NCBI GenBank assembly: GCA_044892525.1
Contig: CM097887.1
Span: 51,398,001 to 51,462,000 of the forward strand
DNA: 64,000 nt
Reading direction: 5' to 3'
Source of the DNA: Schmidtea polychroa
Taxonomy: Eukaryota
The position numbers were made by a program, and so were the translations under genes. Below are positions 52,430 through 64,000 of this stretch, in pieces. Within the stretch, counting starts at the first letter, position 1, and each line of letters starts with the position of its first letter. The notes under the pieces were generated by a model, which saw only the letters and a list, made by a program, of their open reading frames with translations, was not told the origin of the DNA and searched no databases.

Positions 52430-53989
52430 ATCAAGTAAACTAAAAAATGTGATATAAGAAAATAAAGTTTTATAAAAGTAATAAACTTTTTAATTTGAGG
52501 TTAAAAAATAATACTGATAATTTAAATAATATATATAAATTATAATTATTTAAACGAAGTTTTGCTTTTATATTTAAAAACTATCAAATATCATTTAATA
52601 AATTTTTTTAATTAAAAAATGTAATTAATTAAAAATATGTAGTTAATAATAAGCACAATTTCTATTTTCTAAATAAAATTTAAAATGAAATTATTCACGG
52701 TAGATTTATTATGATAATAATCTGAGAAACCATTTAGTTGACTTTTAATATAAAGAGTAAATTTTAATTGAAAGAAAATTAATTTTATTATTTATTATAA
52801 AACGTTTTAAAATTCAACTATTAAATTGAACTTAAAATAATTATTATTTTATAAATTCACTTTAGTTTAATTTTATATTTATTGAATAAATAATTTAATT
52901 AATGCTATTAAGCAAAACCAGAATTTTATATAAAAATATATTTCACTTAGGCCGCAGCACATAATCATGAACAATCACCAAAATTTATTTATCTTAGGAG
53001 CACTAAGTAATGCAGAGTAATATAAAAGATTAGGAATAGGTTGGGGTCTTATGAATACGTGTAAGTTAAAAACAAAATATATAAAATCCAAAATGTAATT
53101 TAAGAGCAAAATTAATTTAAAAATTAAATAAAATCAAAAATCAATATCTTTCAATGAAAAAGGTATGAATGGGTAGCAAATAAAATATTAAAGATGAGTA
53201 TAATAATTAAAGTTTGAAAAAGCTCCCAAATATTGGAATTACAGAAAATGAAAAATTACTATTTTTTATTGGAAAAATTTTAAATTTAATATTTTAAAAA
53301 TATAAATTTGTTGAGGATATCTAAGTAATAAAATTAAATAATTATTGAACTGAACAATAATGAGTGAGAAAGAATTTATAAGATAAAGGGAATATTGTTC
53401 CAGAATTTTGAGAAGCAGAAATGAAGCGGGGAAATTAGAAAAAACCATTAGAATCAAACAATGAAATCAGATAAGGTCGCTAGTGATTAATAAGTACAAG
53501 TAGGAAAAATGAATTATAAAAACAAAAACTGTATTCTTGAATCTCGATAGCTAGTCTGTGATAACTGAAGAATCACTAGAGAAGTCGGAGAAAAGAAATA
53601 GATAGGATCAAGTGAGATTTTATATCTGTTGAGGTTTCAATATTTGAGATTCCCAACGTTGCACTGGTAACTATATAGTCTATCAAAATATAAAAACAAA
53701 GTCGGGTTAGCAAATATTTATTTTGAAATAAAATATTACTAACACATATTTCTTTTAAAAAATGATTCCACTGATGAATTCCAAATGGTTTTTCAAAGTA
53801 ACATCCTATCGACTTACTAATTCGATCAAATTCTAAAATATTCCACTATATGAAGGTCTAATTCGATCAGTAGATCCAACAAAAAGCAAATTATTGAATG
53901 TACAGGAATTGATAAAGTCTAATAATACTTTCAAGATATGTTTAATTTTTTTGCATTCATTATCCATTTCATTATCAAAATAATACTTT

Positions 53990-54480
53990 ATCAATTGCGG
54001 ACTTTGATGTTAGTCGTTGCTCCAAATTTTTCCAAGCAAAAATTTTTTTCCATGCTCACTTGAATTTTCATGTTCTTCTATTCTCTTACATTTAAATGTT
54101 TCCAATCATTGAATCCTTTATTTGTATCTGACATTGAATTTAATGCAGCATTTTTTAGCAAAAAGTATGCAAGTAAAACAAAATATTTTGTCCAATTTAA
54201 CACTATAAATAAACCATGACCTTACAATTGTTTCCCCATTTGTTAATGTCTTTATGAACCAGTCATTTGAGAATTTTCTTTTATCTTTATGATTGTGCTC
54301 ATTGTATTCTCTTCCCAGTGCTGGCCCCGATTTAGCTAAGTATTCATGAATTTTGTTATTTAAAACATGCCAAGAACTTGGATCATTATTATCAAAAATC
54401 GTCAGATTTTTTGACTTCTGCATGCGTGAAGCCAACAGATTTCTGTGCTGTTTCTCTTTTTTTGAACTTTATCGGTGTTT
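53990..54480 (-). mobile_element. hAT N-terminal (TTF zinc-finger, ZMYM1-like) relic
   Basis: KRKFSNDWFIKTLTNGETIVRSWFIYSVKLDKIFCFTCILF..GFNDWKHL..HENSSEH. Confidence 0.75.
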
Positions 54481-54880
54481 GAAAATTCATCTTGACAATT
54501 TTTGTTAAAAAACATTTCATTATATCATTTTGTTTTTTGATTTCTGCTTCATGTTGGACTTCTTGCTTACGAAATTCGTGACCAGATTTATTATTTCAGA
54601 CATCATTAAACTAAATATATAAAATAAAAAATAATTTAAGCGAATACATATATAGCAAGTATATTACTTACTTTTTACTTTTAATTAAGATAAAAATAAA
54701 AATTGGAATTCACAACACTACTATGCAATACTGACTAACTAAATACAATTAAAAGCGTACACCAATGAAAGTTATTTATATAGGAGTAATATTAATTTTT
54801 TAGTCTAAGCAAATAGATAGTTTTTTGCAAGTTTGCAACTTGAAATATGTTTTGTAGCAATTTCTATTTATATTTATAGT

Positions 54881-55358
54881 CAGATGGTGACATTTCAAAG
54901 ATGTATTTTTATCAAAAGAAAGTCAAATATTTCGTAAAATGTACCAGATCTTTTTGAACCACCTGAAAGGCAGAAAGTTTATTTAAAAGGAAAACTAACT
55001 AGTATTTGAACAGATAACTACTGAAATAAAAAAAATCAATTCTCTGCAGAAACATTCACATTGATGGCCAGTGAAAATAAACAAATGGAAAGATCGGAAT
55101 TTTTAAAAATTAATATTCGTTATTAATTATGGAGTCTTGGGCACATGCCGGCTCTGATGGTAAGATAAGTCTTTTGCAAATGAAAGAATTTTTATCGTAC
55201 GATTATCCTTTTTAATTTGGTATTTATCTGTTCAAATACTAGTTAACTTTCTTTTTAAATAAATTTTCTGCCTTTCCGGTGGTTCAAAAAGATCTGGTAC
55301 ATTTTACGAAATATGACTTTCTTTTGATAAAAATATATCTTTGAAATGTCACCATCTG
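54881..55358. mobile_element. Long-TIR foldback MITE (478 bp)
   Basis: ~135-bp arms 54881-55017 and 55224-55358, starting CAGATGGTGACATTTCAAAGAT / ending ATCTTTGAAATGTCACCATCTG, few mismatches. No clean TSD. Confidence 0.88.
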
Positions 55359-55624
55359 AACTAGAACGCGCATATTTATTTGTATAGAAAACTACTGAGT
55401 GTGTCGCATCATCTCACAACTATTTACAAAAAGGTTCGGTGCATCCTTTCTACTACACCATTTTCTTAATGTCAGTAAACACAACATAATATCTTCGAGT
55501 TCCAATCAATCCCGTTGCCATGAATCATTAATAGTGCAAATTGAACAATAATCAGTTACTGGCATTAAAAATAGGATGACAAAGTTAAAAAGAAAACGAC
55601 AAATTTTATTGATAAAATTTAAAA

Positions 55625-56493
55625 TTAACTTCCGAATTTTTTATCAATCACTTCTTGAACTTCTTCCTTCGAATAAAGATGAAACTTTCCTTTCTCTGTA
55701 ATGCTGGACATTTCGATATTTGTGCAATCCAATTTTTCTTCCATCACGTGCTTCAATATTGACAAAGCTTCCATGGCCGCTTCTTCAATCGTCATATTTT
55801 TATTGTAAATTTCTTGCAAGGATTGCTGGGCTCCTTCGCATCCTGATCCTATAGCTTTTGCAAAATAATTGATATACGTTCCACTAGGATCCATGTGCAA
55901 CAATTGTGGTCCATTTTCATCTACTCCGGCAAATAAAAGTGCTACTCCAAATGGACGACTCTAAAATTATTTTACAATTCTTAAATGTCTGACCAAGAGG
56001 AAATTACCATGGCAGCTGGTTCGTTATCATTTGCAGCAAAGGATAAAGCCATTTTACTAACTGCTTTAGTAATGCTTTCAATAGGCATTCTTTCATTGTG
56101 ATTAAACCAATGATTTGTTGACTCAACTCTGGCTTTTTCAACGAGTATTCTTGAATCTGCCACCAATCCACTAACAGCAATAGCTAAATAACGAATATTA
56201 CTAATTATTAATATGAAAGACATACCAGTAAAATCGTCAACTTTAAAAATTTTTTCTACACTCGATGGAACTAGCAATGGTGATGTTATTCGCTTTTCTA
56301 CAGCAAGAACTACACCATGATTTGTTTTGATTCCTATTGCAGTGGACCCAAGCTATAATTTACAATTTAAAAATTAATATTCTACAAATAAAAATACTTT
56401 AGTTGCTTCGATAGCATATTCAACTTGAAAAAGACGTCCTTCAGGACTAAATGTGTTAACTCCATGATCATATTCAGAATTAGTCATAAACAT
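55625..56493 (-). CDS. PSMA5: Proteasome subunit alpha type-5, 244 aa; exons 56493-56398, 56352-56226, 56183-56008, 55960-55625
   Basis: [32 protein letters not shown]|[71 protein letters not shown]. Three GT-AG introns of 45, 42 and 47 bp; the 735-nt total is in frame. Confidence 0.96.
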
Positions 56494-57220
56494 TTTCAAT
56501 TCAACTTAAATTTTACCAACTTTAATAAATAAGTTATTAAGTAAAATTTAAATATATTAATGTAAGATAAATTTAAACAATTGATAAGTTAGACATTTTA
56601 TAAAAAATAGAATCTCGTAAAAACTTTGAATAATATTTTTAAACAGAGAATTTTGTATGAAATTGCGTAACAATATTTTCATATTTAAATTTATAAAAAA
56701 ATTAATCTAATTAAATAATTTTTTAATTGCACTCAAATTTTAATGGATATTGTTGAGCTCGAAACGAAAACTGAAAGCTTGTTTAAATGCGTCAGCAATA
56801 CATAGTATAGAAACCTCACTAAATCGAAATAAATCTATGATTATACGTCAGATAATACAAAGTACACAACACACTGATGATAAATAAAACACAATAAAAA
56901 TGATAAAAGTGAGAACTAACAATGACCAGCATAATTAAGGAAAAAACAACTCATAGGAAAAATCTACCAACTCGAAAAAAGAGAATAACAAATAAAATAA
57001 ATAATCATTAATATTAAAAGTTAATTATATATTAGTATTGAACGATAAATGGTTAATGTATTTCAAAGCACACTTAGCATGTATATAAATTATCTATCTA
57101 TTCAAATAAAATTTTAAACAAAACTCACGAATATCATACAATTGAAGTAATAAAACAAAACATAAAATCACAAAAATCGATAAGTAACAATAGATATATC
57201 AGTGAATAGGATGAATAATA

Positions 57221-57384
57221 GCCACAAAGAAAATTTCAATTGAAATCGATTGTTTTTAGAAATAATTTTCATCGAGTTTTATAATATTTGATTATTTTAG
57301 AATTCAATGGGGAGAATTCCCTTGATTTTTATTGGAACTAAATCTTAGAGTTGATTGAAAATATCGTTTCAGAAAACTTTTCTT
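57221..57384. repeat. ~165-bp dispersed sequence, paralogous to 20395-20559
   Basis: Co-linear alignment with the copy in the WDR20 intron. Confidence 0.85.
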
Positions 57385-57420
57385 CATATAAGATTTATAT
57401 GGATTAGACCGTCTAATGGC
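57385..57420 (-). other. Planarian-type spliced-leader (SL) exon copy, not followed by a GT donor
   Basis: Minus strand reads GCCATTAGACGGTCTAATCCATATAAATCTTATATG. The Schmidtea SL1 exon as I recall it is GCCGTTAGACGGTCTTATCGAAATCTATATAAATCTTATATG, so this copy differs by a 6-nt deletion and 2 substitutions. It ends in the ATG typical of flatworm SLs and is followed by AAGAAAAG rather than GT. Confidence 0.75.
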
Positions 57421-59499
57421 TCTCTACACAGACGTATTGCCAACTTCTCAGAAAATTTTGAGCACCTTAGCTTTTACCAGTTTATATCAATTTCTTATTT
57501 GTAAAGCACTTTTGGAAAATTTTAAAGAAACTTTTAACAATGAGTGCATGTATATTGTGTATATTTTGTAATGCTATCGTTTCGATTAAATTTGTATGAT
57601 GTTTTAAAGGTTTTTCATCATTTTTACGATTTCTTTTCATGAACAGCTTAAAACTATCAACAATTCTACTGGGTTTAAAAAACACTCCAAATTCAGTAGA
57701 TCGTAAAGGCGTTGCATAAAAAGATTTTGGCAGAGAAACAAACCTAAAAAATAACAAAACAAATAACAACCAAAAATAGCGAATCTAAACCAAAAGAAAA
57801 TAAAAAAAGAATCATATCGTAAAACAGTTTTAACCACAGACTATGTCTTAGTAAAAAAACCATTTACAAAAAATTCGAATCAAAAAACAAAGGCCCATAC
57901 AAACTATTAGAAATAATTAAAAATGTGGCCACAATAATGAAAAACAACAAAGAAATGTAAATAAATATCCGTCTATTGAAATATTATCACCAAAATGAAC
58001 AAAGCCAATATAATGCACCAAACAACAATAACCAAGCAAACCAAAGACACGTCACACTTAGTGAATCCAACCTCGTTATCGAGTACCCGGTTACTCGGAA
58101 TTTTATTGTTTTTTTCGATTACTCGATTACCCGATTATACTCGGGCTTGTATTTGATTTGTTTTAAACATATCAACCAAAAATATTTTTCAAAAATATGC
58201 GTGGATTTGAATTTAAATCCAAGTAACTCACACTCAAGAACAACGAACCATCACAAAGATCCAAAAAAAATCCTTACACCAAACGCATACAGAAAACGGT
58301 ATAATAACTGTCTTAAATTAACCAACTAAAATCAAACATAATCAATGGTAAATTGTACAATTTTTATGTTTATTCTAATCGTTGGTTGTAACAAACAAAC
58401 CACAATATATAAATATATAAACAAATTTTTTTTTCAGTGTGATTATTATTATTGCTACTTCGTTTCCAGAATTAAGTGTTAACCTCCAGTTTAAAGAGGG
58501 AGGTTATGTGTTGTATGTTATTTTATTTTTGATGTTTGCAAATTGAATATTGTTTCTGAGAAATTTTTATTAATGTATAAAATTTTAATTGATTTTTGCA
58601 TTGAGTTTCTATCAATCATACTAAAAGACACTCCACTGAAATCATCTCCAGTTTCATTTTCAACATCCCACATTGGTTTTTCATTATAAATCAAATTTGA
58701 TTTTAATATATAAATCGATAAAAATATTTAAATACCTTGAAAATAAAACTAAAGTGACAAATAAAAAACGATTGGAAAAATACTGGAAGATTCAAAGACA
58801 GAATGTTGTTATGCGAATTTGATATGCCCCTTTCGAATCAGACTGGTTCGTATTATTATTTACTAATTTAATAAAGTTTGTTCAAATTTTATTACTTTGT
58901 CATAATCATATCATATAATAAAATATTAGCTTACTCACACTCGCCCCAGCAGTTCCAATTCAAAATTTAAAGGTAACTCTGATGGACACTACAAATTCTT
59001 TTTTAATAACATAAAAATAAAAAACAAAACAATTATTATACAAATACAATACATATACATCTACAATATAATACATCCATTATAGTACGTAAAAAGTGTG
59101 TGCAACCTTATGAAAACTAGCTTCAATATATAAGCACTAGCACTACCTTCATTCAATAATCAGAATTGTAAAACTGTTGGGTTATTGGGTTGGTGACAAT
59201 ATTTGTAAATTCAAACTTTTACTCTGACTCCAAAGCGTTTTACACTCATAGTCCTAATAGATCGTCCCGTTTATCATGACGATCTTCCCCCAGCTAATTT
59301 TATTTATTTCTTTATAAAATTGTTATTTAGGTATCCTCAACAAAACATTTTCTCCCCTTGACCCTGGAGGCCTAAATTGACTTTCCCAATCTCTATTAGG
59401 AAATCATTCTGTAACGAAAAATACAACTATTTTAACGATGAGTTTTGAAATTTAATTGCATTTTAATTAATAAGTTGACGGACACTAAATAGTCAAGGG

Positions 59500-60900
59500 A
59501 ATTATAATTTTAACATTCATAATTTTTGTTATATGATTTGAAATATTTATTGTAAAATGTTAATAAAATTAAATCATTTTTTTGCAATTGGTGGGTTACA
59601 GGTAAGAATACATTTTGCTTATTTGTTCTGTTTCCAGCGTAACCCAGAATACAAACAATATTTTCTGCGCTTGATACCAGTTGAGCGATCAAAGTTGGTA
59701 CTGTATCAAGAGGGTGAGTGCTCGCAAGAAGTGAGCGAGTTATCCACACTATAATTGTCGGACACTCCTTTGGGTTCACGGACTGCCGATAGAAGGCTTG
59801 TGTCCGATTTTACCTGGTACCTTCACCAGATTGTCTTCCCAACACCATGTCCAATTCATCCCGCTTATCTCCCACACACATCATTTTCGTCATTTCAGGT
59901 ACACACACATACATTTTATGGCAACTTTCTAGTGAAAGTTAATAATTATTTATTAAAATATCACACGTAATTCAGGTTTATGTTTGGTTAACTTCCTGTT
60001 CAATCGAAATAATAATAATTAATACTTAATTTTTATTTAGACGAATCCAGATTAAAGTAAAGTTGAGTTTAATTATCTAGATTTCTTTTCCTTCTAAAAT
60101 TAAATTTTTCAATTAATAATAAAATAAAAATTTATTTTATTTATAAACAATATTAATAATCAACCTATTTATAATCAATATAATGCTGATATTTTGTATT
60201 TACTCAAATTAATAATGGAAAATTTAGTATTTTTAATTTTAAATATGTTTCCTAAACGCCTAATCGTTGAACAATTCATCTCTTTCGGTGCTTGGCAAGT
60301 TGTTAGAATCCCTAGTAGATTCTCAACTTGTCATCATTTAGACGGGTTGTCCGGTTCAGCGTATTCACTTAGTTGTTCCCCAATATTTAGAGATGCGGAT
60401 GCAAAACGACCAGTCATAATGTCGGTCTGTTACCAGAATTGAGGTTTCTTTCTGCCCGTATTGGCAGCTCATACGGTTGAGATACAGAGAATCTCTCTTT
60501 GAACCGGTTAGTTGGTTTTTTATCAAGTATTTTATGACTGTTTCAGGGATACTTATGCATGATCCTCCTCTTTATTCTTGGCATTATCCAGATCAGAATT
60601 TGTTTGTTATATGAAAATACCACAAGATTTTGTTTTTTCTGTTTAATATTTCCCCCGAAAATCTAAATGGATTTTATAATCTCTTAGCTGGTTCAATGGA
60701 ATTACAATCCGGGTTTTGTCTTTTTGGTTCAACATTGTGAAAGAATATGTAAATGATTTTGGTAATATTTTAGCGTTTTAACTGGATTTTGTTCAAGTCG
60801 TATTTCGATACTAAATGTACCAAAATGGTTCCATGCTTCTGGTTAGTAAATTTAATTTTATCTTTCGAATTTTTGCTTGTCTTTAATTAGTAAATGTAAC
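59500..60900 (-). mobile_element. Decayed LTR-retrotransposon gag-like segment
   Basis: Frames RFKERFSVSQPYEL and GEQLSEYAE resemble retrotransposon gag Q..E.V.EY; shares motifs with 43150-43790; many stops. Confidence 0.45.
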
Positions 60901-61901
60901 ATTATTACTAAAAATCTTTATTCTATTTCGTATTTTGTAAATTTCATATTATTGCGAAAATTTTCTTCTATATCTTTAGATAGCAGATTTGATCTTGGTT
61001 TTAAAAGGAATTTTAAGTAGTAATTTGCCTATGTATTCAATCTTAATTTTGTAGCTATTTTGCATTCACCAAAGGAAAATTAAAAGCGTTTAGAGAAAAA
61101 TGTATCTAGAACATGCGCCAGCAACAAAAGAAGGACTTTTAGAATTAATTACCGTAAAATCGCGTGTATAAGCCGCGGTTTATAGAAATAAAAATGTACA
61201 ATTAATTTCAAAAAAGTGAAAATGCGGCATATATAAATATAAAAATGGATTTTTGAAAAACTTGTAATCATACAGAAATAATGCAACATTTCTTTCTCTT
61301 TCAAATTTTCGGTTTATCAGGATTCACAATTATCACAAGAATTTTTTGACATAAAGTGTACAATCAAAAATTTGGCATAGAGTGTTGGTGACTGAAACGT
61401 GTCGGTATATACCTGATTTTCGGTGTGAGTTCGTGTAGTAAAAAAAACCCGAATTCTTTTTATTCTAGAAGTTTCTATTTTCAATTTTTCGCAATAATTT
61501 TTAAAATAATTTTTTGCTATCCAAATGGATTTGGGCATTTGCAGAACATTCCATGATAATTTTAATCTAATTCTTTATTATTAAATAATTTAATGCAAAA
61601 AATTTTTATTTTTTATCTAAAATATTAAGTTTTTGGGCGGCCATAATAAATTTCACCATTTTTATGGATTGTTCTGAATTTTTTAATCGAAATTAGTTAT
61701 AATTTTCTCTAACTAAGTTTTTTAAATTTTCTTTTTCTTTAATTCTTTCAAATTTGTTTTTGGTGAGTTTGTGTTTCTTGGTTATATTTAAGTATAATAC
61801 GTGTAATACTTCTTGCTGTTTTATTTTTACTTTTATTTAGATGTTTTTCTTTCTTATTATTGTTTAGTTGATGTTTGGATTCCTACTTAAATTAGTGCTA
61901 G

Positions 61902-62880
61902 TCACGAACTTATTTTTGGGTCTATAAATCTGTTCTAGCCCAACTCATTGTATTCAGCCCCGCTCAGACGAAGGAGACCCAGAATAAGCTGTATCGCAGC
62001 GAACACAGTCGTGACGCTCTCATCTCGGAGAGTCGTTCACAAAGGAGCTTGATTAAAGAGCAGTCCGAGGCGCTGCATAAGGTCTACTTACAGGCAGCCA
62101 CCACGCGAAAGATCGTCCAGATCCCAATCAAAGAGGCCGATAATATCTTTCCGCCTCATCATAACACCTCTTCAAATCCATCTCCGCCGCTCAAGAGACC
62201 CTGTCGAGATTGCGTCGAAACAGAACTGTCGCCCAAGCGACCAGATGTTATCATTACGGGTACTAGCAAGGCACCAACTCCTAGTGCATCCACATCAACC
62301 ACGCTTCCGCAAGCTGCAATTTCGGGCAAACCTAAACGCAAACAACTATCTCGTGCAGAGCGCAAAAGGAGACAGCGCGATCGTACATTAAGCAGACAGA
62401 ATAAGGCCTCTGCGTAAGATCCGACCACCCGAAGTACCGGTTCCGCGGTGATAGACTTGACCATCGGAGCTCCCGCGCGAATTATATCAGCCGCCGGTGT
62501 AGCCTGGGAGGAGAACGCCTCCGAGTTCTTTGATTTAGAAGAGTTGTTACTCGCCACGGAATGAGGCCCCACGGTGAAGCGTTCTCGAAAATTCTATGAA
62601 CTCACGTCATCCTGCACTGTCTCTTCTTTTCCTATGTAAATACTATGTCGCATTCTGTGTGGTTATTAGGACAATAAATTTCTATTTCTCTTTGGTATTC
62701 GTATATGTCTTTTATAATGAATTAGTATCGATATTTAAAGGTATAGAAGTACTCATTTTGGGGGAGTATAAGTCAAGTTTGCATTTGGTGTAAGACCCAG
62801 CGAGAAATCCGATCGCGTTGCTAGACGTAAGTCCTTCTATCGGAATTATCTGTGGCCTTTTGCAGTCTACTGATCGCAGG
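61902..62880 (+). mobile_element. GC-rich orphan reading frame followed by a PPT-like GGGGGAG; probable 3' region of an LTR retroelement
   Basis: Stop-free frame 61902-62417, resuming after one TAA to 62564; GGGGGAG at 62760-62766; CGTAAG.CCTTCTATCGG motif shared with the retro-relic at 43.5 kb. Confidence 0.4.
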
Positions 62881-64000
62881 TGTGGAATGAATTAGAAAAT
62901 TTGTCTTTTATTTAAAGTTCGAATTATTAGGATCTAGAATAGATTATAAATCTTCATCGTCTTTTGCAATGTGTATATTGATCATGTATTTATTGGAGCC
63001 CATTATATAATATTTAAATTTTATGATTATCACTAATCTTTCATCTTCGGCATGTTAATTATTAATTCAAAATTTGTTTCAATTGAAATAGTTACCTTAT
63101 AAATTACAATATCGTCGATGCATTAAAAATAATAATAAACAATTAGTCACAAATTAATTATTTTTAAAATAAATAAATATATTATTCAAACACGACTCAA
63201 TGTCAACGGAACATTTGATAAATATCTGACTGTTACGCATTAGATCTGATAGCTCGATAGCATAAATAAAGTTGGTCATATTCTATTCCAATACATTCGG
63301 TTGGTTGAATATATATTTTACTATTTGGATTATTTGTGCATTTATCAATCGCAATGATATAATGAAAATGTGACAGAATGCCTTAATGGCCATTCCTAAA
63401 TGCTGTCCAACTCGCACTTCATCAAACAAAAGAAGACAGATAAATAAGTATTCTTACCAACATCATCTCATCAACACGCAAGCACATTTTATAACCATTT
63501 TTATATGAGAAATGATTTGCTATAAATTATCTTGTTTATTCTCTGTTTAGCAACTGCTATTTTATAATTGAAATTGTCGAGTTTCCATAAAAATTCTCCG
63601 TAATTCAGCTGATTTTGATCTGTAAGATTACATTTTTGTTCATTTTTATTTGGTCGAACTTTTCAATTATTTTTTTCTGAAATTTTAATTTATATTGCTT
63701 AAGCAGAACTTTATTATTTTACTTCTTTGTTCTCTTTTAATTAATTGGATTTCTGTTTGCTCGCCATTGGTGGACCTTTGGCCAATTTGTTACTTGAAAT
63801 TATTCTCACTAAAAATTATTCCACTAAACATTCAATTTCAATCGATCAAACGCATTACACTCCTTTCTATCTGCTTTCCTCAATGTATGCAGTATATCTT
63901 CATTTAATAATTTGTTTGCCTCAGCTTGATCGGCATATTTCATCAACAAATCAGTAATTTCAATCTAAATAATTATAATTAAGCAAACACTAATCGAAAT

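Noticed and set aside
1-64000. CRISPR arrays, tRNA/rRNA genes, telomeric arrays, bacterial HGT or mitochondrial insertions
   Set aside because: None seen by eye: no repeat-spacer periodicity, tRNA A/B-box cloverleaf or rRNA signature. tRNAscan-SE and Infernal would be needed to exclude divergent ncRNAs.

Overview
Very AT-rich, transposon-littered animal genomic DNA with two N-gaps (19594-19765, 33139-33483). The source is most likely a triclad planarian. This is inferred from a 36-nt near-copy of the Schmidtea-type spliced-leader (SL) exon at 57385-57420 (minus) and is consistent with the mix of 42-51 bp and multi-kb introns. Four host genes can be reconstructed with GT-AG junctions and consistent phases: WDR20/DMWD (+, 5'-partial, 9819-22957), a CNPase-like kinase/2H-phosphodiesterase (-, 38474-28408), DDX18/HAS1 (-, 52429-50369) and proteasome alpha-5 PSMA5 (-, 56493-55625). 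The largest WDR20 intron also holds decayed fragments of an SDR (DCXR-like) gene and of Hsp90. Most of the remainder is TE debris: Ty3/gypsy, hAT, piggyBac (one nearly intact), Tc1/mariner, pogo/Tigger, Merlin and several MITEs/foldbacks. The most unusual observations are the SL exon fused without a splice donor to a dispersed sequence, and a CNPase that lacks the vertebrate C-terminal CaaX tail but begins with an MGSLCS acylation-type motif. No rRNA, tRNA or CRISPR array was seen.
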